Virus record (IMG/VR): IMGVR_UViG_3300035698_029839
Coordinates: 186,001-250,000 of that record
DNA length: 64,000 nt
Strand: one strand, 5' to 3'
The notes beneath the pieces are model-generated. The model made no database searches. It was given only the letters and a program-made list of their open reading frames with translations, and was not told the DNA's origin. The position numbers and the translations under genes are program-made. Positions 31,961 through 42,575 of the stretch are shown in pieces. The number at the start of each line of letters is the position of its first letter. The first letter of the stretch is position 1.

Positions 31961-33386
31961 ACGACTAAGACAGCAAGTAGAAGGTAGTTTGCCTTGGGAC
32001 CCAGTTCTTGCCTTAGAAGCTATGGAGGAACTATTCCCTAAGGTAGAATTTCTTTCATATGAAGAAGCAAGAGAATTTGTTGGACAATTTAAATTTGAAA
32101 ATGTAAGAGATTGGAGAGAATATCGCAAATCTTATAAAAAAACTATTATTAATATACCATCTCATCCTGAGACAATTTATAAAAATGAAGGTTGGATTAG
32201 TTGGGGGGATTTCTTAGGAACGGAGAATGTTTTTAAAAAAGATTTTCTTTCTTTTAAAAAAGCTAGACAATTTGTAAGAAAGTTAGGAATAAAGAGTTAT
32301 AGAGAATGGGAAAATTATTGCAAGACTGGTAAAAAACCATGTAATATCCCTTATAGCCCAAACACAACTTATAAAGATAAAGGTTGGATTAGTTTAGGAG
32401 ATTTCCTAGGAACAGGATATATTGCTCATCAGAATAGAGTTTATTTATCCTTTAAAAAAGCAAGAGAATTTGTAAAAAAATTAAATATAGAGGGTACAAA
32501 AGAATGGTTTGAATATTGTCGTTCAGGAAAAAAACCACACAATATTCCTTCTCATCCTGATAGAGTTTATGAAGATAAAGGTTGGGTTGGTATGGGAGAA
32601 TGGTTGGGAAATGGACATATTTCTTATCAGAATAGAATTTATTTATCCCTTAAAGAAGCTAGAGGATTTATAAAAAAATTAAAATTAAAAAGCAAAACAG
32701 AATGGTTAGAATATTCTAAATATAAGAAAAGACCTAGTAATATTCCTTCTAATCCAGATAAATTTTATAAAGATATAGGGTGGGTTAGTTTTGGCGATTT
32801 TTTAGGGACAGGTTATATTTGTAATAAAGATAGAGCTTATCTGTCTTTTAAAGAAGCAAGAAAATTTGTAAAAAAATTAAAACTAAAAGATACAAAAGAA
32901 TGGAACGATTATTGTAAGTCTAGTAAAAGACCGCATAATATCTCTGCCAAACCTGAAAGGATCTATAAGGATAAGGGTTGGATTAGTTTAGGAGATTTTC
33001 TTGGGACAGGATATGTGGCTTGCGTAAACAGGACTTTTCTTTCTTTCAAAGATGCCAGGAAGATTGTAAGAAAATTGGATTTTAAGAGTTCTACAGAATG
33101 GATCGAATATTGTAAGTCAGAAAATAGACTTAATAATATACCATCTAATCCAAATAAAAATTATAAAAATGAGTGGATATCTTGGCCTGATTTTTTGGGG
33201 AATATTTCTAAAAAAACAGAAAAACAACACATAAAATTCATGAAAAAAAATAATATAATAAATAGTAATCAATGGGTTGATTATCGTAAAGATGATAATT
33301 TTCAAGGACAAGGTTATCTTACAAATCCTTGGAGAGCTTTTGGTAAAACTGCAAAACAGTTTTTTGTAGAAATAAGGAACTGTTAA
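31953..33386 (+). CDS. tandem-repeat protein 1 (shared leader, 6 INT_rpt-like repeats, 1 type-B repeat)
   Basis: ATG 31953 overlaps the helicase stop; leader MGRRLRQQVEGSLPWDPVLALEAMEELFPK. Confidence 0.85.
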   Translation: MGRRLRQQVEGSLPWDPVLALEAMEELFPKVEFLSYEEAREFVGQFKFENVRDWREYRKSYKKTIINIPSHPETIYKNEGWISWGDFLGTENVFKKDFLSFKKARQFVRKLGIKSYREWENYCKTGKKPCNIPYSPNTTYKDKGWISLGDFLGTGYIAHQNRVYLSFKKAREFVKKLNIEGTKEWFEYCRSGKKPHNIPSHPDRVYEDKGWVGMGEWLGNGHISYQNRIYLSLKEARGFIKKLKLKSKTEWLEYSKYKKRPSNIPSNPDKFYKDIGWVSFGDFLGTGYICNKDRAYLSFKEARKFVKKLKLKDTKEWNDYCKSSKRPHNISAKPERIYKDKGWISLGDFLGTGYVACVNRTFLSFKDARKIVRKLDFKSSTEWIEYCKSENRLNNIPSNPNKNYKNEWISWPDFLGNISKKTEKQHIKFMKKNNIINSNQWVDYRKDDNFQGQGYLTNPWRAFGKTAKQFFVEIRNC

Positions 33387-33388
33387 GA

Positions 33389-34179
33389 ATGAGTAGATTA
33401 AGAGTACAACTTGAAGGTAGTTTGCCTTGGAATCCTGTTCTAGTCTCAGAATCTATGGAGCAACTATTCCCTAAAAGAACAGAGCAAGAGCATATAGACG
33501 TTATAAGGGATAATAATATAAGAAGTTCTCGGAGATGGTATAAATATTGGAGAGTAAATAATCTTGAAAAACAAGGCTATATGTCTGCACCTTGGGGATC
33601 TTTTAAAAAAACTCAAAAACAGTTCTTTGAAGAAGTCTATGGCAAAAAGAAAACCGAAGAAGAACATATAGATATTATAAAAAAAAAAATATAAAAAGTA
33701 ACAAACGATGGTATGAATATTATAAAAATAATAATCTTAAAGAACAAAGCTATTGGTCATCACCTTGGGTACATTCTAATAAATCTGTGAAACAATTTTT
33801 TGAAGAAATATTTGGTAAAAATATACATAAAACAGAAAAAGAACATATATTTTTTATGAAAAAAAACAATATAAAAAGCAGTAATCAATGGTATGAATAT
33901 TGGGAAAATACTAATTTTGAAAAACAAGGTTATATATCTGCACCTTGGAGAACTTTTAACAAAACAGCAAAACAATTTTTTGAAGAAATATATGGTAAAA
34001 ATATACATAAAACAGAAAAAGAACATATATTTTTTATGAAAAAAAACAATATAAAAAGCAGTAATCAATGGTGGGAATATTATAAAAATAATAATCTTAA
34101 AGAGCAAAGTTATTATTCAAAACCTTGGCAATCTTTTAAAAAAACTATTAAACAATTTTACTCACAGGTTAAACAATGA
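33389..34179 (+). CDS. tandem-repeat protein 2 (shared leader, 4 type-B repeats), frameshifted at A11 tract 33679-33689
   Basis: Leader MSRLRVQLEGSLPWNPVLVSESMEQLFPK; adding one A joins ORFs 33389-33694 and 33787-34179 in repeat register. Confidence 0.8.
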
Positions 34180-35504
34180 GTAGACTAAGAATACAACTTG
34201 AAGGTAGTTTGCCTTGGGACCCAGTTCTTGCCTTAGAAGCTATGTTTAAACTATTCCCTAAGATAGAATTTATTTCGTTTGAAGAGGCAAGAGAATTTGT
34301 AGTAAAATTGAATTTAAAAAGTGGAGAAGAATGGAGAGAATATTGTAAAAATGATAAGCCAAAGAATATTCCTGCTTCTCCAGACAGTGTATATAAAGAT
34401 AAATGGATAAGTATGAAAAATTGGTTAGGTAATGAAATGTTGTCTTTTGAAGATGCTAGAGAAGTTGCTCGAGGGTGGGGCTTAAAGAGTTATTTAGAAT
34501 GGATAAAATTACGTAAGAAAGGTAAAAGGCCTAGAAATATACCTGTTAATCCTTCAGCGTATTATCGTGATAGTGGATGGGTTAACTTTCATGATTTTTT
34601 GGGTTTTGAACCGTTAACATATGAAGAGGCTAGATCTTTTGTAGTAAATTTAAAATTAAAAAATGAAAAAGAGTGGAAAGAATATTGCGAATCAGGTAAG
34701 AAACCATATGAGATCCCAAAAAGTCCTGGAGGTGTTTATTCTAGTAGTTGGAAAGGTATCAGAAGTTGGCTTGGAACAGAATTTTTATCATTTGAAGAAA
34801 GTAGAGGTTTTGTAAGATCATTAAATTTTCAAAAAATAGAAGAATGGCAAGAATATTGTAAGTCAGAAGAAAAACCTATTAATATACCATCCTCACCCGA
34901 CACAGTTTATCGAGATAAAGGGTGGATTGATTGGTTTAATTTCTTAGGGATAAAAAAACAAAAGTTTTTATCTTTTGAAGAAGCTAGAACTTTTGTGGTT
35001 AAATTAAAATTAAAAAGTAAAAAAGAATGGCTTAAGTACCGTAAGTCAGGAAAAAAACCATCTAATATACCATCATCACCTCATATTAAGTATAAAAAAG
35101 ATTGGAAGGGAATGAAGTATTGGATAGGTATAAATTTTTTATCTTTTGAAGAATCTAGAACTTTTGTGGTTAAATTAAAACTAAAAAGTGTTAGATACTG
35201 GGAAGAATATTGCAAGTCTGGAAAAAAACCCATCAATATCCCCTTTAGACCCTCTGTAACTTATAAAAATAAGGGGTGGATTAGTTGGGGTGATTTTTTA
35301 GGAACAGGTAATATACATAGTTCGAGTATAGTTTATAAGGAGTTCCATGACGCTAAGAAATTTGTACATAGGTTGAATATTATGACTTTTAGGGAGTGGA
35401 CAGTTTATTGCGTATCTGGTAATAAACCAATAGATATACCATCTGGTCCTAAAAAAGTATATAAAGATGAGTGGGTTGATTGGAAAGATTTTTTAGGAAA
35501 ATAA
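34176..35504 (+). CDS. tandem-repeat protein 3 (shared leader, 7 INT_rpt-like repeats)
   Basis: Leader MSRLRIQLEGSLPWDPVLALEAMFKLFPK. Confidence 0.85.
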   Translation: MSRLRIQLEGSLPWDPVLALEAMFKLFPKIEFISFEEAREFVVKLNLKSGEEWREYCKNDKPKNIPASPDSVYKDKWISMKNWLGNEMLSFEDAREVARGWGLKSYLEWIKLRKKGKRPRNIPVNPSAYYRDSGWVNFHDFLGFEPLTYEEARSFVVNLKLKNEKEWKEYCESGKKPYEIPKSPGGVYSSSWKGIRSWLGTEFLSFEESRGFVRSLNFQKIEEWQEYCKSEEKPINIPSSPDTVYRDKGWIDWFNFLGIKKQKFLSFEEARTFVVKLKLKSKKEWLKYRKSGKKPSNIPSSPHIKYKKDWKGMKYWIGINFLSFEESRTFVVKLKLKSVRYWEEYCKSGKKPINIPFRPSVTYKNKGWISWGDFLGTGNIHSSSIVYKEFHDAKKFVHRLNIMTFREWTVYCVSGNKPIDIPSGPKKVYKDEWVDWKDFLGK

Positions 35505-35511
35505 CTTTTTT

Positions 35512-35540
35512 CTTGACAAAAGTGAAAAAAGTAGTATAAT
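35512..35540 (+). promoter_or_regulatory. sigma70-type promoter; 29-bp perfect direct repeat (right copy)
   Basis: Identical to 28424-28452; followed immediately by a TTCCAGACAA motif. Confidence 0.85.
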
Positions 35541-36851
35541 TGAAAATTCCAGACAAGTGGTTTTTTAAAAAGTAATAGTAGAAGTACGTTTTTTAAACAA
35601 AAATATGATTTTTTATGAACGGAGATGTTAAAATGAAAGATGCAAGAAAAGTGTCGATTTTGGAGAAGTACGATAGTTATGAAGCCGTCCCTGCTGCTTG
35701 TATAGCTTGGATTACGATGAGAGCAAGGAAAGAGGGCAAAAGCCCCACAATGGCAAAGGCTGGTTACAAGGCAGCATTCAAGAGGATACAGAACCAAACA
35801 GAGTTCGCTATCCTCAAAGAAGATGGCGGGTATCTTGGCGGTGGTATAAGTTCTATTCCTATCCATCATGTCATTAAAGCAAGAAACGGACAGGAACTGG
35901 CATCTAAGGTCGGGATTATCTATGACGAAATCCTGGAATGCGGAGACAAAGATTCCAAATCTTACAAACTGGCAATGAAGAAAAAAGAGATCAAGATTGT
36001 CTCTCTTCTTCACGACAGAAAGACTATTACTGTCGATGGTACCAAACTTAGTATCATCAGTGAACCCGAGTACGTAAGAATCTGCTAATCTTTATTACCT
36101 AAAAAGTGGAGACAGAAATGGAAATTAAAGATTTAGGTACTTTTAAGTTATTAGATGCTATTGAAGCATGGCAAGGAGATCCGAATCTCCATCCTCTTAC
36201 TTGTGGTAGTGATAATTGCGATCATGTTTCTCTTGTCGGCAAAGTAAAAACTATAAATGATGTACTTAACATTTCTTCTCAAAAAGGTGCTACAATCTTT
36301 TTAAAATGTCCTGAATGTGATTATACTCAAGATTTTGTTCCTGATTGTGTGTATAATTGGTATATTGGGACTCACTTAAATCATAAGATTCTTCTTGGTC
36401 AAGTTGTTGAAGTTAAATTTGACGAGGACTGCGGAGCAGATGCTATATTCTTTGGTGCGGATTATAAGTTCCCAGAGGGTTGTGAGTTCCTGTCTCCCTC
36501 CCTAAAGGTAGAAGGTGATAAGGAAATAGTTTTACGATTTATAGGCAAGCTGAGAGCGTTGGTGGTAGGTTATGCAAGAGATTGTGATGAGACACCTCTC
36601 TATTGTCTTAGCAACTTGAGAGTAAAATATAACTGTGATTATATGAACGATGAATTAAATAGCAAAATGAGTGAAACTATTGTTTACAAAAAATGGGCAA
36701 AGTATCTTGAAACGGGTTGGCCTGAAGAAAGTTTAACAGTTATTGAAGGTCAATTTGTTCCTCTTTTGTATAGCTCAATTTTTGAATATGAAGATGATAT
36801 GGTTCGAAGTCTCAAATAACTTTAAAAGTAAAGGCAGACTCGACCTCATTT

Positions 36852-36883
36852 AAAGGCATAAGTTATCCACTTATGCCTTTTTT
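36852..36883 (+). terminator. intrinsic terminator
   Basis: AAAGGCATAAGT/ACTTATGCCTTT stem plus T-tract. Confidence 0.8.
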
Positions 36884-37280
36884 AATTCCAGACAAGTGGT
36901 TTTTTAAAATGTAAAGAATAGATGCACAATCGAAAAATTTGAATACATATGTTAGTAGAGATAAGGAATTATGAAACAAAGTGATTTTTTAAATAGTTTA
37001 AAGATATATGTAAGTAAGACAGCTGGTTCTAAGAATCCAGAGATAACAGCAAATGCTATATATTTTATGACAAAGCAATATCCTGTAATACTAACTAATA
37101 AAAGGGTTTACATTAAAATCCTTAAAGAGATGAAGACCCATCTTATCGAGAAATTTGGTTGGAGTATGGTTGAAACTCACAAGTGTTTTTGTATTTTACA
37201 TGGATTGATGAAAATATTTTAAAATTGTCTTGACATGAAAGTGAAAGTGAAGTAGAATAGAATCTATTAATTTTATTTAA

Positions 37281-38579
37281 ATGAAAGGTTTTAAGATGAG
37301 TAGACAAAAAAAGGGTAGTGGTAAAAAAAAGGGAGGGTCTGCCCCCACTAGAAATAGGCAGTCAGTTGTTCGCGAGCTTACTCTTGCGGATAATACATCA
37401 GTGGTTCCTCAAGATATTCAGAAAAAGAAGGCTCCATATTTTGAGATAGATGTTATTAAAAAGTCTCAAAAAGGCGTAGATTATTTCTCTGGAGAAATGA
37501 GCTTAGCTCAATTAGCAGCTTTAACTCATGTAGATAACTATGACGGAGATCGTGCTGATGAGGGTGGTGGTCAAAGAGCTTTGTGCGAGTTAAGAGGAAA
37601 ACAATTCCGAGAATTTATCGTGGATTGTAATAATGTTTGTTTCGCAGAAATTCTTCTTAATGACAGAAACGGAGAGGTAGAGTTTAGATCTTTAAAAGAT
37701 ATGGGCATTACAGTTTCCGAACATGCTAAACTTGGGGCTATGCATGGGTTTTTAAAAATACCGTCTGGTGTTAAGTTGTTTGTTTACGATGGGCAAACAA
37801 GACGTTTTGGTTATTTGAGTCTGCTTCATTTTGATTTAGATATGTTTGGAACAGAAGCTTATAAGGATTATAAACATTTGAATATTCCTTTCTGTCTGTG
37901 TCAAGTTTCCGCTCGCGAAGAAACTCTTTTGTTTCTTCAGCATAATAAACAAATTTCAGTTCCCAATGACCATAAAGCTATGGTCTCGTGGCATGCTAAT
38001 AAAGACTTAAGTGATATGAAACATTATACTTATTCCGAAAAAGCAAGTTCTATTATTGCAGGGTTGATTTACATCATGGATAGAGATAGAAAAGGTCCTT
38101 GGTTTAATAGAATTGTTCAGCCTGATCTTTCTAAAGAAGAGAATAAGAGACGTTTTGGAACACACGGTGGTTTTAATACTGGCTTAAAACATTTCATTGG
38201 TTGGTTAAATAGAAATTACTGGAGTCCTGAAACTACAATCTCCGAAAAGAGCGAGGACTTGGCTGATATTTGTACAACATATTGGAGAGCTATGCAAAAG
38301 ACTTGTCCTAAGATATGGAGGAATCCTGAGAATTATATTCAGTTAAGACCTCACGGAATATCAACTTTGAGCTTACTGATGCATACTTTGTATATTGACT
38401 TTTTTGATAGAAATATTGACTGGAATATTGGAAATCTTCATACTTTTTTGAAAAAAAGTAAACTTATTACCACTCCTATAAAGTGGGAAATTGGTGGAGA
38501 TCTTCATAAAAGAGGAGGCAATTACAAAGCTCTTCAGTCCGTTGAATTTGATATTTATCAGCAAATTAAAAAGGGATAG
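37281..38579 (+). CDS. DGQHR-domain (DndB/ParB-like) protein
   Basis: GQRAL and VYDGQTR motifs, ETLLFLQHNKQ; own TTGACA-N17-TAGAAT promoter at 37230-37258. Confidence 0.75.
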   Translation: MKGFKMSRQKKGSGKKKGGSAPTRNRQSVVRELTLADNTSVVPQDIQKKKAPYFEIDVIKKSQKGVDYFSGEMSLAQLAALTHVDNYDGDRADEGGGQRALCELRGKQFREFIVDCNNVCFAEILLNDRNGEVEFRSLKDMGITVSEHAKLGAMHGFLKIPSGVKLFVYDGQTRRFGYLSLLHFDLDMFGTEAYKDYKHLNIPFCLCQVSAREETLLFLQHNKQISVPNDHKAMVSWHANKDLSDMKHYTYSEKASSIIAGLIYIMDRDRKGPWFNRIVQPDLSKEENKRRFGTHGGFNTGLKHFIGWLNRNYWSPETTISEKSEDLADICTTYWRAMQKTCPKIWRNPENYIQLRPHGISTLSLLMHTLYIDFFDRNIDWNIGNLHTFLKKSKLITTPIKWEIGGDLHKRGGNYKALQSVEFDIYQQIKKG

Positions 38580-38580
38580 T

Positions 38581-38620
38581 ATATAAGGGGAGAGGTTGAT
38601 AGCTTCTCCCTTATATTTTT
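38581..38620 (+). terminator. intrinsic terminator
   Basis: ATATAAGGG(G)AGA/TCTCCCTTATAT stem plus T-tract. Confidence 0.7.
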
Positions 38621-39484
38621 CCAGACAACTGATTTTCAGAAAATGTAATATATAAAAATTAATTTTGGAGATAATGTGAAAAAACAAGAAGCAAAAAAAT
38701 TAAGAGCAAAAGAAGCAGATGAGAGAATGGAAGAAAGAAGTAACAGATCTCCTGCTCAACAGATTGAAAGACTCGATACTTTGCTTGGTAAGGGTGTTGG
38801 AGCAGAATCAGAAAGAGCAAGGTTGCAGGAGCAAGTAGAAAAAGAAGCAGTACATCATGAGAAGAAGAAAAAGAAGAAAGACGTATAATATGAAAGTTTG
38901 TTTTGAAAAAATTGATTTCGAATTAGGCGAAGAAGTGTGGGTAGTTTGTGGTCCTAATCATAGTATGAAAACTTCTATCATAGCATTCCGAGGGATGGTC
39001 ATCAATGGTATAAGAGAAAAAGCTATTGGGATATTTAGAGAAGCTAAGTTGTCCAATCTTATTTTGGAAAAATATTTTGCTGATATAGATAATGGAGATA
39101 TTGTTCCCCTTAAATATTTAACCAAGGATGGAGATAAAGCAGGTGAATGGATGAAGTTTTATCCTGTTCGTATGAATTCTAATGAATGGCTTGTAACAAT
39201 AGGAGATAGAGATAAAAAAGAAAATGAAATAGGTAATATTGAGAACGGTTGTGAGCTGGGTTCGTGTTGTGCTGATATCTCTAATATAAGAGATTGTCTT
39301 GTTAGATGTCAAGAAAAAGGCGGAATTATAGGATGGGAAAGAGAAGATTTACAAGGGATAATTGATAATAGTTGTCATAATCTTCCTGAAAATCATTTGT
39401 TTCTAGATAGAATATTTTCTCAGTTAAATATAAAATGGGAAGCATAATGAAGAATAGTATTCAACAAGAGAGAAAAGAACTAAA

Positions 39485-39901
39485 ATGAATTGGGAATACA
39501 AAACAAAACAAAATGAAGAACGTATTGGTGCGTTACGAGTCTCTATTATTCATAATAGTGGGAATACTGAGATTCTTAATAATATGGGTTATCACAGTCC
39601 TGATGGATTTCAAATAGGGTATGCAGGATCTGGACCAGCAGATTTGGCTTATTCTATTTTGACAGATTATATGATTAGATCTAATAATATAGATTTAGTG
39701 GATATACCAGGGAGAGTAGAGATTTATCATCAATTATTTAAAAATGATTTTATTGTTGAAGCAAAAGAATCTTTAAGCATAGATAGCAATACTATTAAAC
39801 TTTGGTTAGATGTTCAAGATAATATTGATGATAAAAAAAGTGGATATCAATATTGGATGGAAAGATTAGATAGTGTTGGGAGAAAACAAGATAATGACTA
39901 A
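39485..39901 (+). CDS. DUF6166-like protein
   Basis: HSPDGFQIGYAGSGPADLAYSIL signature. Confidence 0.7.
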   Translation: MNWEYKTKQNEERIGALRVSIIHNSGNTEILNNMGYHSPDGFQIGYAGSGPADLAYSILTDYMIRSNNIDLVDIPGRVEIYHQLFKNDFIVEAKESLSIDSNTIKLWLDVQDNIDDKKSGYQYWMERLDSVGRKQDND

Positions 39902-41954
39902 ACTTATAATACCATCTATAGATGTAATAACTAAATTAATCGGTCAGCCTAATATCCAAAAATGGAAAGGTAATTGCTACTGTGTGGCATCGAGAATAGT
40001 TAATAAGAAAATTATTGATGATGATTGCAGAGCAATTTATGGCCATTATCTTGGACCAATATCATCTAAATCTTATTTTAGTGGGTATAAAAATATGCCA
40101 TTTATTCAACATGGATGGATATTATTGTCGAATGGTGATATCGTTGATCCTACCCGATGGGTGTTCGAAGCTAAAGAACCATACATAGCCCTTATAGATA
40201 GGGATGATGATACAGCAGAAGACTATGACGAAGGCGGTAATGAATGGAAGGAAGCTTTTGGAAATCCTCCTCCACCTTATAGCAAAAAGGACAGACAGTT
40301 TCCCTTTACTTTAGATGGATTTGACAAACTTGATGGAAGAACATATGTTCTGGATTTACTGGGAGATGAAAGGGTTGTGGTTAAAGAGATTTGCTTAGAT
40401 CAGATTTTTTGGTTAGCCAATTTATCTCTTGATACGTTGGGAGTACATGTTATGACAATTTATGCATATATCGTAGAGATGGGGCAAGGGGTTTTTATAC
40501 CTATTGACAATAGATTAAAAATTTTTGAGGGAAAAAAAGGATTTGAGCACTGGAAATAATATTGCTTATATTTAACAGAAAATGAAGGAAATTTTATAAT
40601 GTGGATTTATTATTATGCTTGTTTTGGGCCAGGACATCAAAGCGAAGATTATGGTTTTAAATCTTTTCCTGATGACTATGATAGAGAATCTATTAAAGAT
40701 AGTTTGTTTAATATGCTTTTTGATAAGTATAACGTGTCGTTAAGATTTTGGGAAGTAGAAAGACCTTCTGCTAATTATGTAGAAAAAGAAATGAGAGATA
40801 CAAAAGATAGAATAAAGAATCTTAGAAAATATCTTAAAACCCTAGAAGCAAAAAGTTGTTTTGTTCCTGAAGAAAAAGAAGAAGAAGATCTTGTTCTTAT
40901 GAAAAATTTGAGTGATAAAATTGTTCATGATCTTTTGAAACGTTTACATAATGCAGGATATATGTATTGTGCTTCTGATATAAGTAATTGGAAATATGGT
41001 AAAAAATGCCTTACAGAACCTAAAAGAAGTAAGATTTTAAGAATTATTAGAAAATCAAAAAGTTATCCAAGTTATTAGAATCTCTGGAGATAAAGATGTT
41101 TTTTAAGAAAATACAATGGCTGATATTAACAATCGTAGCATTTACTTCTGGAATAATCGTAACTGTTCAATGGATAGGTTCTGATTACGGAATGGAACTT
41201 TGGGACTTAGTTAAAAAACCAGATATTGTAGAAAAAGTCATACAAATAGAAGTTGTAAAAGTTGTAGTTATTTCTGATAATCATAAAATACAAATGATTA
41301 ACCAAGAATATAGAGATGCTCTTTTAAAACTTTCTGCGGTAATTTATTCTAACGATAATTATGGTAAAACAATGTATGACATTATGCACCAATATGCGGT
41401 GAAAGCATTGTCTGTGCCAGAAGTAATTAGCAATATGGATGAAAAATAAAATGAAGGAAACAGAACAAAAACTTGAGCGTGTAACTATTAGGATTACTGA
41501 GGAATCTGATCTGGGAGCACTGTGGCTTGGATTCAGTCACAATTTTGAAGTTGGAGATATTCTTCCTGCCGTGATCATAACTAAAGAGTATTGCGATATT
41601 CATGATGGCTATGTGCCAGGCTTTTTTATCCAAGGCTATGGCCCGATCTCGGAGATATTTTGCACGATAGATATAACTCAAAAAGATTATGATAGGCATA
41701 TTGCTAAACTTGAGAAAAAACTTGAAAAAACGATAAAAGATAAAGAAGATTTAATAGCTCTTGAAATAACTTTAAAAAAGCATATTGATTATCTCTGTGA
41801 GAAAAAATCTGTCAAATAAGCATATCCTCTTATTCTATATGGGGTTATAAAAAATCTAACTATTTCATTTTATCTATTGCAAATCAAAGTAGAATATAGT
41901 ATAATAGGGAAAGTGAAATTCCAGACAAGTGGTTTTTTAAAATACTATCGTAGA

Positions 41955-42575
41955 ATGAGTAAAAATAAAACACAATTAGATAATATTAAAGTAGATGTTC
42001 CTGAATGCCAAAGTGGCGATTGGAAAGTTGAAAAATTTACTATCGAAAAACAAGGGGCAAGTTTTCATAATATTAGAGAAGCGTTTGCCTATGGTTCTAC
42101 AGGAAGAGTTGTAGTTCCAGGAAAATATACAAGATTACTTAGGGGAAGAAATATTGTTATGTCTGACACACCTGCCGAACTGAAAGATTATAGTTATTTC
42201 ATTCATAAGGCGCATGGTCATGTTCTTATTAATGGGCTGGGTCTTGGTTGTGTGGTAGAAACTCTTTTTCACAAGAAAGAAGTAAAGACAATAACTGTTA
42301 TAGAAAGATCGTTAGATGTAATTAATCTTGTAGCAAAACATTACGAAGAGAAATGTCCTAGTGATAAGAAATTGTGGATTTTGTATAAGGATGCTTTGAC
42401 TCATAAACCTCCAAAAGGTGAAAGATATGGTGCTGTGTGGCATGATATATGGGATAATATCTGCGGAGATAATGTTGAAGATATGAAAAAACTTCATCGC
42501 AAATATGGTAGAAAAACTGAATGGCAAGGCAGTTGGTGTAGAGCCGAATGCGAATTAGCTAATAGGAGAAATTAA
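41955..42575 (+). CDS. class I SAM-dependent methyltransferase (spermidine-synthase-like fold)
   Basis: VMSDTPAE, VLINGLGLG, TVIE, WHDIW; ATG 41955 preferred as start. Confidence 0.75.
   Translation: MSKNKTQLDNIKVDVPECQSGDWKVEKFTIEKQGASFHNIREAFAYGSTGRVVVPGKYTRLLRGRNIVMSDTPAELKDYSYFIHKAHGHVLINGLGLGCVVETLFHKKEVKTITVIERSLDVINLVAKHYEEKCPSDKKLWILYKDALTHKPPKGERYGAVWHDIWDNICGDNVEDMKKLHRKYGRKTEWQGSWCRAECELANRRN

Noticed and set aside
31953-35504. Diversity-generating retroelement template/variable repeats
   Set aside because: Repeat differences are not confined to adenines and no reverse transcriptase is present in the window.
35405-36013. Minus-strand ORFs in the track (this 202-aa one and the shorter ones)
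   Set aside because: They are antisense shadows of plus-strand genes or tRNAs, with F/L/I/S-rich low-information translations and no motifs.
36863-36871. DnaA box (TTATCCACT)
   Set aside because: Single imperfect copy lying within a terminator hairpin.
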